A stretch of 64,000 nt of DNA, taken from contig CABSAN010000006.1 in the NCBI GenBank assembly GCA_902475785.1, forward strand, positions 2,927 to 66,926, written 5' to 3'. The position numbers and the translations under genes are program-made. Source of the stretch: an uncultured Collinsella sp. GTDB lineage: Bacteria > Actinomycetota > Coriobacteriia > Coriobacteriales > Coriobacteriaceae. The notes under the pieces are model-generated. The model saw only the letters and a program-made list of their open reading frames with translations, was not told the DNA's origin and did no database searches. Positions 28,717-38,787 of this stretch are shown in pieces. Numbering within the stretch: position 1 is the stretch's first letter; each line of letters opens with the position of its first letter.

Positions 28717-31518
28717 GTGGCAAACGAGTACAAGCAGACGATGAATCTGCCCAAAACCGGATTTCCCATGCGTGCCGGTCTTTCCAAGTCCGAGCCCAAG
28801 CGACTCAAGGACTGGCAGGACAACAAGGTCTACGAGCAAGTTCTAAAGAAGAACGAGGGTCACAAGAAGTTCGTGCTGCACGACGGCCCTCCGTACGCCA
28901 ACGGCCCGATCCACATCGGCCACGCCATGAACAAGATCTCCAAGGACATGATCAACCGTTACTGGATGATGCAGGGCTGTGAAGTTCCCTATGTCCCCGG
29001 TTGGGACTGCCACGGTCAGCCGATTGAGCACAAGGTCGAGGAGAAGCTCGGCACCGAAAAGTTTAACCAGACCCCCACGGCCAAGATTCGTGAGCTTTGC
29101 AACGAGTTCGCTGTCGAGAACATCGAGCTGCAGAAGGCCGGCTTCCGTCGCCTGGGCGTGCTCGGTGACTGGGACAACCCGTATCTGACGCTCTATCACC
29201 AGCATGACGCCGCCGACATCGAGGTCTTTAAGGCCATGTTCGATAAGGGCATGATCTATCGCGGCCACAAGCCCGTCCACTGGTGCAAGCACTGCCACAC
29301 CGCACTCGCCGAGGCCGAGATCGAGTACTCCGATGAGACGAGCCCGTCCATCTTCGTGCGCTTTGAGATGACCTCCAAGCCCGCCGGCCTCGAGAACTTC
29401 GACGGCCCGGTCGACTTTATCATCTGGACGACCACGCCGTGGACCATCCCCTCCGACCAGGCCGTTTCCCTCAAGCCCGGCGCCGCCTATGTCGCCGTTG
29501 AGCACGATGGTCGTGCCGAGGTCATGCTCGAGGACTTGGCTCCCAAGTGCTGTGAGGAGTTTGGCTGGGAGTACACCCCGGTTATGGTCGACGGTAAGCC
29601 CTACGTGGTTCCCGCCGAGACCTTCCATCACATCCACTACAAGCAGCCGATCTTTGACGGTGTCGAGGGCGTGGCGCTGCTGGCTGATTACGTCGGTGTC
29701 GACGACGGTACCGGTATCGTCCACAACTCGCCCGGCCACGGCGTCGACGACTACTTTGCCTGCCTCAAGGAGGGCATCACCGACATCTGCATGCCGGTCG
29801 ATGACGACGGCAAGTTCTACACCGGTGAGGAGTTTGGCACCGGTGGCCCCTTCAGCGGTATGGATACCGATGAGGCCAACCCGCACATCATCGAGTTCCT
29901 GCGCGAGCGCGGCACCCTGGTTCTCGAGAAGAAGATCACGCACAGCTATCCGCACTGCTGGCGCTGCAAGCACCCGGTGCTCTTCCGTGCTACCGACCAG
30001 TGGTTTGTCTCGATGGACAAGACTGGTTTGCGCGAGCAGGCTGGCAAAGAGGTCCGCGAGAACGTCAAGTGGTATCCGGACCACGCGGCCAACCGCATCG
30101 GTGCCATGGTCGAGCAGCGTCCCGACTGGTGCATCAGCCGTCAGCGCAACTGGGGCGTGCCCATCCCGAGCTACACCTGTGCCGACTGCGGCGAGAAAGT
30201 CATGAATGACGCCACGCTCGACGCCGTCATCAAGCTCTTCCACGAGAAGGGCTCCGACGCCTGGTTCACCGACGCTCCCGAGAGCTACCTGGGCGAGGCC
30301 TGCGTCTGCCCCAAGTGCGGTGGACATCACCTCAAGGCCGATAAGGACATCCTCGACGTGTGGTGGGACTCCGGCGTGTCTTGGAAGGCCGTCTGCGAGT
30401 ACCGTCCCGAGCTGGAGTATCCGGCGGATGTGTACCTCGAGGGCTCCGACCAGCACCGCGGTTGGTTCCAGAGCTCGCTGCTCACCTCGGTGGGCGCCAA
30501 CGGCCACGCTCCGTACAAGGCGGTCGTCTCGCAGGGCTTCACGCTTGATGGCCAGGGCCGTAAGATGTCCAAGTCGCTCGGCAACGTCATCGACCCCAAT
30601 AAGGTCTGTGACGAGATGGGTGCCGACATCATCCGCCTGTGGGTTGCATCCGTTGATACCAGCTCCGACGTGTCCATCGACCACGAGATCCTTGCCCGTA
30701 CGTCCGACGCCTACCGTCGTTTCCGCAACACGCTGCGCTTCCTGCTCTCCGAGCTCGAGGGTCAGTTTGAGCCTGAGACCGACGGTGTTGCCTTTGCCGA
30801 CCTGCTGCCGCTCGACAAGCTCATGGTTGCCCGCCTGACCCAGGTCCAGGCCGAGGTCGACGATGCCTACGCCAGCTACGAGTTCCCGCGCGCCTACCGT
30901 GCGCTCTACGACTTCGTGGTTACCGAGCTTTCCAACGTGTACCTCGACGCCCTGAAGGACCGTCTGTACTGCGACAAGCCCGGCTCGCTCGAGCGCCGCA
31001 GCGCCCAGACCGTGCTGGCCGAGCTCTTCTCGATGCTCATGCGCGACCTGCAGCCGATCCTGTCCTACACCGTCGACGAGGCCATGGCCTATGCGCCTGC
31101 CGGCTGCGTTGACCACCAGAAGTACGCCGCGCTGCTCGATTGGTACAAGTCGCCTATCACGGTCGACGAGGCCAATGAGTTTGAGGGCGTGCTCGAGGCT
31201 TCACTCGAGCTCCGTAGCGCCGTGACCAAGGCCCTTGAGGATGCCCGCTCCGCCGGCACCTTCACCAAGAGCCAGCAGGTCCGCGTCAAGGCGGTCGTTC
31301 CCGCCGAGATGTACACGCTGCTGACCGGCGACAAGGCGGTCGACCTGGCCGAGTTCTACATCGTCTCCGATGTTGAGCTGACGCAGGGCGAGGAGCTTTC
31401 CGTTGCTATCGAGGCTGCCGAGGGCGAGTGCTGCGACCGTTGCTGGAACTACCGCACCACCGTCGGCGAGTACAACGGCCACGCGCATATCTGCAAGCGC
31501 TGCGCTGACGCCTTGTAG
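28717..31518 (+). CDS. ileS: Isoleucine--tRNA ligase (type 1 with C-terminal zinc finger)
   Basis: DGPPYANGPIHIGH, WTTTPWT, WCISRQR, EGSDQHRGWF, KMSKSLGN and CDRCW...CKRC motifs. Confidence 0.98.
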   Translation: MANEYKQTMNLPKTGFPMRAGLSKSEPKRLKDWQDNKVYEQVLKKNEGHKKFVLHDGPPYANGPIHIGHAMNKISKDMINRYWMMQGCEVPYVPGWDCHGQPIEHKVEEKLGTEKFNQTPTAKIRELCNEFAVENIELQKAGFRRLGVLGDWDNPYLTLYHQHDAADIEVFKAMFDKGMIYRGHKPVHWCKHCHTALAEAEIEYSDETSPSIFVRFEMTSKPAGLENFDGPVDFIIWTTTPWTIPSDQAVSLKPGAAYVAVEHDGRAEVMLEDLAPKCCEEFGWEYTPVMVDGKPYVVPAETFHHIHYKQPIFDGVEGVALLADYVGVDDGTGIVHNSPGHGVDDYFACLKEGITDICMPVDDDGKFYTGEEFGTGGPFSGMDTDEANPHIIEFLRERGTLVLEKKITHSYPHCWRCKHPVLFRATDQWFVSMDKTGLREQAGKEVRENVKWYPDHAANRIGAMVEQRPDWCISRQRNWGVPIPSYTCADCGEKVMNDATLDAVIKLFHEKGSDAWFTDAPESYLGEACVCPKCGGHHLKADKDILDVWWDSGVSWKAVCEYRPELEYPADVYLEGSDQHRGWFQSSLLTSVGANGHAPYKAVVSQGFTLDGQGRKMSKSLGNVIDPNKVCDEMGADIIRLWVASVDTSSDVSIDHEILARTSDAYRRFRNTLRFLLSELEGQFEPETDGVAFADLLPLDKLMVARLTQVQAEVDDAYASYEFPRAYRALYDFVVTELSNVYLDALKDRLYCDKPGSLERRSAQTVLAELFSMLMRDLQPILSYTVDEAMAYAPAGCVDHQKYAALLDWYKSPITVDEANEFEGVLEASLELRSAVTKALEDARSAGTFTKSQQVRVKAVVPAEMYTLLTGDKAVDLAEFYIVSDVELTQGEELSVAIEAAEGECCDRCWNYRTTVGEYNGHAHICKRCADAL

Positions 31519-31675
31519 GTTACGGCGTTCGTAGAACGCCGTAACCTACCGACGCTGCAAACGCCCCTAAGCGGCAATCTGACGTTCAATCGTCGGTCGC
31601 GTACCAAAGTACGCTTCCCTCCTCTTTCACGTCACCTTGCTCGCTTAGGGACGTTTTCGCTGTTGGCGACGGTAA
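31515..31675. repeat. Structured intergenic element, copy 2
   Basis: 16-bp hairpin at 31515-31549, then a rod with ccctaagcg/cgcttaggg, tgacgt/acgtca and gcgtac/gtacgc stems; homologous to 2559-2718. Confidence 0.7.
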
Positions 31676-31692
31676 TGCAGCGTTTCTATTGT

Positions 31693-31749
31693 TTAGTTGT
31701 TGGGGACGTTCTTAAACGACTAGTCAAACAAGAACGTCCCCAATGACTA
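31693..31749. repeat. Gene-less miniature of the transposase-flanking repeats (inverted doublet)
   Basis: tagttgttggggacgttcttaaacgactagtc-aaa-caagaacgtccccaatgacta matches the left-end and right-end units of 23023-24099. Confidence 0.9.
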
Positions 31750-31763
31750 CCTGTGTCACATTC

Positions 31764-31802
31764 AAGCGGCATTCTGTTTTTCGGAATGCCGCTTTCGTTT
31801 TT
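31764..31802 (+). terminator. Terminator after the ileS region
   Basis: aagcggcattctg-tttt-cggaatgccgcttt followed by a T-rich run. Confidence 0.75.
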
Positions 31803-31914
31803 AGCTGGTTATTTCGCTTGCGTTGGTGGATATGTCGTGCGCTCTGCGTGTGGCAATATAAGATGGTTAATTGCATTAAACGTAATTCGATAATCTTGAA
31901 GGTAGGGGATTGAT

Positions 31915-32514
31915 TTGGGTCGTGCTGGGGATATGACGCCGCCTTTGCGTTGGCGGTTGGGTGTTGCTGGTGGGGTAGCGCTCGTTGTGCTGCTTGTTGA
32001 CCAGCTGACCAAGCTTGCTGTTCGTGCCGTGGGCGATGCTCTGCATGTGACTGTTATCCCCGGTGTCATCGACTTTATGTTTGTCCGCAATATCGGTGCT
32101 GCCTTTAGCATGGGCGAGGGGCATGGCATCGCGTTTGCCGTGCTGGCGTTGGCGGTCATTATCGCTATTGCCGTGTACCTCGTTCGTGCACCCCAGCTCG
32201 CCCATCTTGAGGTTGTGGGCATGGCGATGGTTGCGGGCGGTGCTATCGGCAACGCTATCGATCGTTTGGCCTTTGGCTTCGTGACCGATTTTATTGCCAC
32301 CACCTTCATTGACTTCCCCGTCTTCAATGTGGCCGATATCGGCATTACCTTGGGTGTCGTGCTCGCCCTCTTCGGCTACATGTTCTTGAGCCCCGCTGCC
32401 CGTGAGGTCGATGCGACCGCCGAGCTTAACGCCCGTGACGAGGCCCGCGCTAAGCGCAAGGCCCAGCAACGCGGGGAGCGTGCCCGCAAAATTCGCGAAA
32501 GGAACGAGCGCTAA
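31915..32514 (+). CDS. lspA: Lipoprotein signal peptidase (start may be the ATG at 31933)
   Basis: DQLTK, NIGAAFS, GGAIGNAIDR, VTDFI and FPVFNVAD motifs. Confidence 0.95.
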   Translation: MGRAGDMTPPLRWRLGVAGGVALVVLLVDQLTKLAVRAVGDALHVTVIPGVIDFMFVRNIGAAFSMGEGHGIAFAVLALAVIIAIAVYLVRAPQLAHLEVVGMAMVAGGAIGNAIDRLAFGFVTDFIATTFIDFPVFNVADIGITLGVVLALFGYMFLSPAAREVDATAELNARDEARAKRKAQQRGERARKIRERNER

Positions 32515-33527
32515 TGGCCGACATTCATATCCTTGTTGCCGACGATGCCGCCGGTCAGCGTCTTGACGCTTATCTGGGCGCCAATGACGGCTGCCCTACA
32601 CGTTCTGCCTGCGCGCATTTGATCGAGGGTGGCGCCGTCGCTGTCAATGGCGAGACCTGCCTGTCCAAAAAGTACGCCGTGCGAGCCGGCGATCGTATTT
32701 CGGTCGATTTGCCCGAGCCGCACGATCCCACCGATGTGATTCCCGAGGCCATCCCGCTCGACATTCGCTATGAGGACGATTATCTCATTGTGCTCTCCAA
32801 GCAGCGCGGCCTGGTGTGCCATCCTGCGCATGGTCATGAGAGCGGTACGCTCGCGAATGCCCTGGTCTATCACTGCGGTATCGACCATCTGGGCACCGTG
32901 CAGGGCGAGGACCGCCCCGGCATCGTGCATCGCCTGGATCGCGATACCTCGGGCCTTATGCTCGCGGCAAAAGACGACGACACCCAACGCGCGCTTCAAA
33001 ATCTTATCCGCACGCGTACGCTCGACCGTCGTTATATCACACTTGTTCACGGTCACATTGCCATGGACGAGGGGACCATTAACACCGGCATTGCCCGGTC
33101 TACGCGCGACCGTGTCAAGATGGCGGTTTCTGATGACCCCTTTGCGCGCCAGGCCATTACGACCTTTAAGGTCCTTGAGCGCTACGATTCCACGCGTTTT
33201 GACGACGGCTATACGCTCGTCGAGTGCCACCTGTTTACGGGCCGTACGCATCAGATTCGCGTACACATGCGTCATATCAACCACGCTTGCGTAGGCGATC
33301 CGCTCTACGGCAAGTGCGATGCACGCGCCGATCAGGGTCTGACCAGGCAATTCCTTCATTCCTGGCGCGTCGCATTCGACCATCCCGTGACGGGGGAGCG
33401 TATTGAGTGCCGCGATGAGCTGCCGTGGGATCTCGCTGCGGTTCTCGACGACCTGGCTCCGCGCTCACTCGGTCGTACTGCCGCTGGCGACGACATCGTT
33501 CCGCAGCTCGGTCTTCTCGAAGCCTAG
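32514..33527 (+). CDS. rluD: RluA/RluD family pseudouridine synthase
   Basis: N-terminal S4-like domain, RPGIVHRLDRDTSG and TGRTHQIRVH motifs; lspA-rluD synteny. Confidence 0.9.
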   Translation: MADIHILVADDAAGQRLDAYLGANDGCPTRSACAHLIEGGAVAVNGETCLSKKYAVRAGDRISVDLPEPHDPTDVIPEAIPLDIRYEDDYLIVLSKQRGLVCHPAHGHESGTLANALVYHCGIDHLGTVQGEDRPGIVHRLDRDTSGLMLAAKDDDTQRALQNLIRTRTLDRRYITLVHGHIAMDEGTINTGIARSTRDRVKMAVSDDPFARQAITTFKVLERYDSTRFDDGYTLVECHLFTGRTHQIRVHMRHINHACVGDPLYGKCDARADQGLTRQFLHSWRVAFDHPVTGERIECRDELPWDLAAVLDDLAPRSLGRTAAGDDIVPQLGLLEA

Positions 33528-33609
33528 CCGGTATTAGGTGGTTTCTTGAACTCGGTAAGCCTGCGGTAAGATATACGATTGTTTACGTAACGCGTTCCTG
33601 GGAGCCTGC

Positions 33610-34905
33610 ATGCTCGCCTTTTTACAAACCAACACGCCCATCGTGATTTTCAACCAGATTGTCGTCACGCTGCTCACGGTCTGCTTTCTGTACCAGGTGG
33701 TCTTCTTTGTCATCGGCGCTCTTCGTGGCGAAGTCGCGCCTCCCAAGGCCAAAAAACTCCACCGCTATGCCTTCTTTATCGCGGCGCATAACGAGGAGGC
33801 CGTAATTGCCAATCTCGTACGCTCCATCAAGGACCAGGATTATCCGTCCGAGCTCATCGAGGTCTTTGTCGTTGCCGACGCCTGCACCGACAACACCGCA
33901 CAGCTCGCGCGCGAGGCCGGTGCCATTGTTTACGAGCGCAATGACCTGGCCCGCAAAGGCAAGAGCTGGGTCATGGACTTTGGTTTCGATCGCATTCTCA
34001 ACGAGTATCCCGACACGTTTGAGGGCTACTTTATCTTCGATGCCGACAACGTTATCTCCCGCGATTACGTCTCCAAGATGAATGATGCCTTTGACCAGGG
34101 CTTCCATGTGGTCACGAGCTATCGCAATTCCAAGAACTTCGGCAGCTCGTGGATCTCTGCGGCCAACGCCACCTGGTATCTGCGCGAGGCCCGCTTCCTC
34201 AACAACGCGCGTAATATCTGCAAGACGTCCTGCGCTGTCTCGGGTTCGGGCTACCTCATCTCCGCCAGTGTTATCGAGGGCATGCACGGTTGGCAGTTCC
34301 ATACGTTGACCGAGGATATCCAGTTCACCACGTTCTGCGCCATTCACGGCATTCGCATCGGTTATGCGCCGGCGGAGTTCTTTGACGAGCAGCCCGTGAC
34401 GTTTAAGGCGTCCTGGAAACAGCGCATGCGTTGGACCAAGGGCTTCTACCAGGTGTTCTTTACTTATGGTAAGCACTTGGTCAAGTCGACCTTCCGCTAT
34501 CATCGCTTTGCCGCTTATGACATGTTTATGACCATCGCTCCGGGCATGCTGCTGTCCCTGATCTCCATGCTCGCCAACGCGACCTTCCTCATCGTGGGCG
34601 GGCTTTCGCACGGCTTCTTGGCCACCGAGGTCGAGATGCAGGCTTGTGCCGCCTCGCTCATTATGACCTTCGTGATGATGTACCAGACCTTCTTTATCCT
34701 GGCGCTACTCACGACCATCTTCGAGTACAAGCACATCCACTGCGCTCAAAAGTGGCGTTTGGTGACCAACCTGTTTACCTTCCCGATCTTTATGTTCAGC
34801 TATATCCCCATCACGGTGGCAGCCCTGTTCCTGAAGGTCGACTGGGTCCCGACGCAGCACGCAGTCAACGTTACTCTCGACGAGGTCATGCAAGGCGCCA
34901 AATAA
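33610..34905 (+). CDS. Membrane-bound GT2 family glycosyltransferase
   Basis: AHNEE, DACTD, FDADN, TED and QRMRW motifs with flanking TM helices. Confidence 0.88.
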   Translation: MLAFLQTNTPIVIFNQIVVTLLTVCFLYQVVFFVIGALRGEVAPPKAKKLHRYAFFIAAHNEEAVIANLVRSIKDQDYPSELIEVFVVADACTDNTAQLAREAGAIVYERNDLARKGKSWVMDFGFDRILNEYPDTFEGYFIFDADNVISRDYVSKMNDAFDQGFHVVTSYRNSKNFGSSWISAANATWYLREARFLNNARNICKTSCAVSGSGYLISASVIEGMHGWQFHTLTEDIQFTTFCAIHGIRIGYAPAEFFDEQPVTFKASWKQRMRWTKGFYQVFFTYGKHLVKSTFRYHRFAAYDMFMTIAPGMLLSLISMLANATFLIVGGLSHGFLATEVEMQACAASLIMTFVMMYQTFFILALLTTIFEYKHIHCAQKWRLVTNLFTFPIFMFSYIPITVAALFLKVDWVPTQHAVNVTLDEVMQGAK

Positions 34906-34913
34906 CCACCACC

Positions 34914-34954
34914 AAAACCACCGCAAAGGGGACAGGCACCTTTGTGGTGGTTTT
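34914..34954 (+). repeat. REP-like palindrome, copy 2
   Basis: aaaaccaccgcaaagg-ggacaggca-cctttgtggtggtttt; reverse complement of 27100-27136 with one mismatch. Confidence 0.85.
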
Positions 34955-34986
34955 TGCGTTTGAGCAGCTGTCCATGGAGGTGCACA

Positions 34987-35409
34987 ATGTCCTACATCCC
35001 ATTTTGGATTTGCATCTTTGCCGGTGCGATGGTTGATGCCCGTGAGCGGCGGTTTCCGAATGCGCTTGCCGGCGCGTGTGCCGTGGCGGCGTTAACAGGC
35101 GTTTGGCTCGACAAAGGTGTTAATACGGCGCTTGACCACGCCGGTCTTGCGGTCATCGTCTACCTTGCCCTTGTGCTCACTGAGTCGCTCTGGCGGCACC
35201 TCCGTCAAGCCCCCGGCATCGGCATGGGGGACGTCAAGGCGCTCTTCGCGCTTTGCACGCTCGACCCTCTGGGCGGCATCGTGGCATTTGCCGTCGCGCT
35301 CCTGGCCCTGGCCCTCTCCTGCCTCTTCACAAAATCGCGCTCCCTGCCATTGCTGCCATTTTTGGTGCCGATATTTGCCATAATCGAGGTCGTGGGCTGC
35401 ACATTGTAA
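34987..35409 (+). CDS. Prepilin peptidase-like (A24 family) membrane protein
   Basis: VDARERRFPN, GIGMGDVKAL and LPLLPFL motifs; ATG after GGAGGT. Confidence 0.75.
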   Translation: MSYIPFWICIFAGAMVDARERRFPNALAGACAVAALTGVWLDKGVNTALDHAGLAVIVYLALVLTESLWRHLRQAPGIGMGDVKALFALCTLDPLGGIVAFAVALLALALSCLFTKSRSLPLLPFLVPIFAIIEVVGCTL

Positions 35410-35440
35410 CCGATTGCGCATCCTTCTTAAGGAGCATGCC

Positions 35441-36688
35441 ATGGCAACTAATCAAGAAACGGCCGTCATTAAGGCGCGCATGGACCGTATTCCGTCGGCG
35501 TTGTCGCCCGAGCTTGTCGAGCACATTTCCGCCGATCGTGCTTCGGGTTCTGTCAACCCGTATCGTTGCAACGACAACCAGGTCATTCGTCGTATTGATC
35601 GCGCTGCCGACAAAGGCACGCTTATGCGTCCGGCGTTTATGCGCGATACCGAAAAGATTCTTCATCTTCCGGCGTACACGCGTTATGCAGGCAAAACGCA
35701 GGTCTTCAGCTTCCGTAGCAATGACGATCTGTCGCGCCGCGGTTTGCACGTGCAGCTTGTCTCGCGCATCGCGCGCGATATCGGTCACGCCCTGGGGCTT
35801 AACTGCGATCTGATCGAGGCGATTGGCCTGGGCCACGACTTGGGCCACACGCCTTTCGGCCATGCCGGTGAGCGCTTTCTCAACGATATCTATCACGAGC
35901 GTACCGGCCGCTTCTTTTTCCATAACGTGCAGTCGGTCCGCGTGCTCGATGCGCTGTATGGCCGCAACGTGTCGCTCCAGACGCTTGATGGCGTGCTGTG
36001 CCATAACGGCGAGTACGAGCAACGCGTGTTTGAGCTCTCGGACATGGGTTCCTTTGACCAGTTCGATCAGACGGTTGAGGGCTGCATTGCCAAGGGCTAT
36101 AGCGCAATTGAGCACCTGCGTCCCATGACGCTCGAAGGCTGCGTGGTCCGCATCTCGGATATCCTTGCCTACGTTGGGCGCGATCGCCAAGACGCCATTG
36201 CGGCGGGCCTGCTGGCGCCCGACGCGTTTGACGATGGCCTGGGTGGGGCATACAACAGCTGGATCCTTACGCATGCCTCCATCGATATCGTTGAGCACAG
36301 CTATGGCAAGCCGCGCATCGAGATGAGTGAGGAGCTGTTTGAGGAAATCCGCCGAGCCAAGCGCGAGAACTACGTAAAGATCTATAGCAAGGGCGGCATC
36401 GAAGGCGATTCCGAGGCGGAGCTGCGCGAGGCGTTCGAAAAGCTCTACGACCGTTGCCTGCAGGATATAAACGAAGGTGACGAGTCCTCGTACATCTTTA
36501 AGCATCATATTTCTCGCATTCAGCAGCAGCTTTCCTACTACGATCGCGCCTATGCCTGGCAGGATGACAAGGATCAAGCGGTGGTGGATTACATCGCGAG
36601 CATGACGGACGGCTATTTCTGCGAGCTCACGAGCAAGTTGTTCCCTGGTCTGGAGTTTCCGCACCGTACCTATATTAACGAACGGTAG
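35441..36688 (+). CDS. HD-domain deoxyguanosinetriphosphate triphosphohydrolase-like protein
   Basis: FMRDTEKI, GKTQVF, GHDLGHTPFGHAGE and VVDYIASMTD motifs. Confidence 0.88.
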   Translation: MATNQETAVIKARMDRIPSALSPELVEHISADRASGSVNPYRCNDNQVIRRIDRAADKGTLMRPAFMRDTEKILHLPAYTRYAGKTQVFSFRSNDDLSRRGLHVQLVSRIARDIGHALGLNCDLIEAIGLGHDLGHTPFGHAGERFLNDIYHERTGRFFFHNVQSVRVLDALYGRNVSLQTLDGVLCHNGEYEQRVFELSDMGSFDQFDQTVEGCIAKGYSAIEHLRPMTLEGCVVRISDILAYVGRDRQDAIAAGLLAPDAFDDGLGGAYNSWILTHASIDIVEHSYGKPRIEMSEELFEEIRRAKRENYVKIYSKGGIEGDSEAELREAFEKLYDRCLQDINEGDESSYIFKHHISRIQQQLSYYDRAYAWQDDKDQAVVDYIASMTDGYFCELTSKLFPGLEFPHRTYINER

Positions 36689-36742
36689 TTCGTATCTTTC
36701 CGGTATACTGTTAGTAGAAAACGTTTTTGATTGATGCACGGG

Positions 36743-38098
36743 ATGGCTATGGACGACCTTTTTTCTGCCTCGACGCGCGAGCGTTCCTTTAAAAATGCGC
36801 CGCTCGCGGTGCGCATGCGCCCCAATTCGCTCGACGAGTACGTGGGTCAGCAAAAGGCCGTCGGTAAGGGCTCGTGGCTGCGTGCTGCGATTGAGCATGA
36901 CGTGCTGTCGAGTGTGATTCTGTATGGGCCGGCCGGTACGGGCAAAACGACGCTGGCCCACATTATCGCTAACCATACCAAGAGCGAGTTTGTCGAGGTC
37001 AGCGCCGTGACGGGTACCGTGAAGGACCTGCGTCGCGTGATTGACGAGGCCAAGACGCGCCTGAATACCTACGACCGCCGCACTATTCTATTCATCGACG
37101 AGATCCATCGCTTCTCTAAGTCGCAGCAGGATGCCCTGCTGCATGCGGTTGAGGACCGCACCGTCATTATGATTGGCGCCACGACGGAGAATCCGTACTT
37201 CGAGGTCAACTCGGCGTTGCTCTCGCGTGGTCGCGTGGTGGAGCTTGAGCACTTAAAGGACGAGGACATCGCGACGCTCATCGAGCGTGCGCTCGAGGCA
37301 CCGCAGGGTCTGAACGGCAAGTTCTCGGCCGATGAGGATGTGGTTAAAACCATCTGCGCGCTGGCCGCGGGTGACGCTCGTTCGGCGCTCACGACGCTCG
37401 AGCTTGCGAGCGAGATTGCCGTCACGCGTCCCGATACGGACGGGACGCCAGCGCCGGCGGCGGGGGAGCGCTATCCCATCACCGTGGATGACGTTAAGAT
37501 TGCCAACCCGCGTCGTGGTTTTTCGTATGACAAAAACGGCGACATGCACTACGACATTATCAGTGCGTTTATTAAGTCTATGCGCGGCAGCGACCCCGAT
37601 GCCACGATCTATTGGCTCGCGCGCATGATTGACGCAGGGGAGGATCCCAAGTTTATTGCGCGCCGTATTATGATCCACGCTTCTGAGGATGTTGGCAACG
37701 CCGATCCGCAGGCGCTTTTGGTGGCGCATGCCGCGTTTAAGTCTGCCGAGGTCATTGGCTATCCCGAATGTCGCATTAACCTGGCTCAGGCTGCGCTCTA
37801 TGTGTGCTTGGCGCCAAAATCCAACGCGTGCGAGGCTTCGATCGATGCGGCGCTGGCCGATATTCATAGCAGCGGCTTGCGCGAGGTGCCGAGTTATCTG
37901 CGCGACCGTCATCGCCCGGGCAGCGACGAATATGGTGTGTATAAGTATCCGCATGATTATCCCGAAGGCTGGGTCGACCAGCGCTATTTGCCCGAGGGCC
38001 TGGAGCGCGGCGCGTTCTGGCAGCCTGCCGGCCGCGGTTGGGAAGAGTGGCGTGTGGAGCAAAGCGAGCGCGACCGTAGCGGCAACGCTCCCAAGTAG
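36743..38098 (+). CDS. rarA: Replication-associated recombination protein A (RarA/MgsA); exact start uncertain
   Basis: PLAVRMRP, GPAGTGKTT, DEIHRF..QQDALL, GATTENP and SAFIKSMRGSD motifs. Confidence 0.94.
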   Translation: MAMDDLFSASTRERSFKNAPLAVRMRPNSLDEYVGQQKAVGKGSWLRAAIEHDVLSSVILYGPAGTGKTTLAHIIANHTKSEFVEVSAVTGTVKDLRRVIDEAKTRLNTYDRRTILFIDEIHRFSKSQQDALLHAVEDRTVIMIGATTENPYFEVNSALLSRGRVVELEHLKDEDIATLIERALEAPQGLNGKFSADEDVVKTICALAAGDARSALTTLELASEIAVTRPDTDGTPAPAAGERYPITVDDVKIANPRRGFSYDKNGDMHYDIISAFIKSMRGSDPDATIYWLARMIDAGEDPKFIARRIMIHASEDVGNADPQALLVAHAAFKSAEVIGYPECRINLAQAALYVCLAPKSNACEASIDAALADIHSSGLREVPSYLRDRHRPGSDEYGVYKYPHDYPEGWVDQRYLPEGLERGAFWQPAGRGWEEWRVEQSERDRSGNAPK

Positions 38099-38193
38099 GT
38101 CATTGGCGCCTCGCGCATTCCCTTTGGGTATCTTTCCCCTTCTTTGGGGTACCATGAACAGCGTCTGTATTTCGATTCCTTTGGGAGGCTTGT

Positions 38194-38787
38194 ATGAGTC
38201 CCATTCAAATCGCCCTGCTGCTACTTGCCGTTGCCGGCGTGTGGGCTGTTATCGAGCTCGCGCTCACGCTGCGCAAGACCCGCACCGTCGTCGACTCGCT
38301 CGACAAGACGGTGAGCGACCTCAATAACACACTCGCCGAGGCACAGCCCGTGGTGGCAAAGCTCGATGGCGCCGTAGACGAGCTTACGCCGGCACTTGCC
38401 CAGGTGGAGCCGCTGCTCAAGTCGAGCAAGACCGCGGTTGACGCCCTTACCTCCAATCTTGTAGAGGTCGAAGCCGTGGTTCGCGACATTTCCGAGGTCA
38501 CGGGTAGCGTGGCCGAGGCAAGCAACGCCGTGTCGAGTGTGACCGACTCTGCGGCTGGCGCCGTGCAGAAGCTCTTCAATAAGGTGAAGGCTCCTGCAAC
38601 CGACGCCGATCGCAAGCTCGCCGCTGCCGCCGCCGAGGCCGAGCAGCCTACCGAGCGCGTTCTGATTGGTGAGGCTGAGGACGAGGACGTCGATGGTGCG
38701 GATGCGGCTCAGAAGGCCGCAGTCAAGCCTGCTCAGTATTACACCTATACGCCCGCCGAGACCTCCGAGGAGTCCTGCGATGAGTAG
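38194..38787 (+). CDS. DUF948/YoxC-like membrane-anchored coiled-coil protein
   Basis: N-terminal TM helix followed by heptad repeats; GGGAGG RBS; first gene of the sigma-factor operon. Confidence 0.6.
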   Translation: MSPIQIALLLLAVAGVWAVIELALTLRKTRTVVDSLDKTVSDLNNTLAEAQPVVAKLDGAVDELTPALAQVEPLLKSSKTAVDALTSNLVEVEAVVRDISEVTGSVAEASNAVSSVTDSAAGAVQKLFNKVKAPATDADRKLAAAAAEAEQPTERVLIGEAEDEDVDGADAAQKAAVKPAQYYTYTPAETSEESCDE

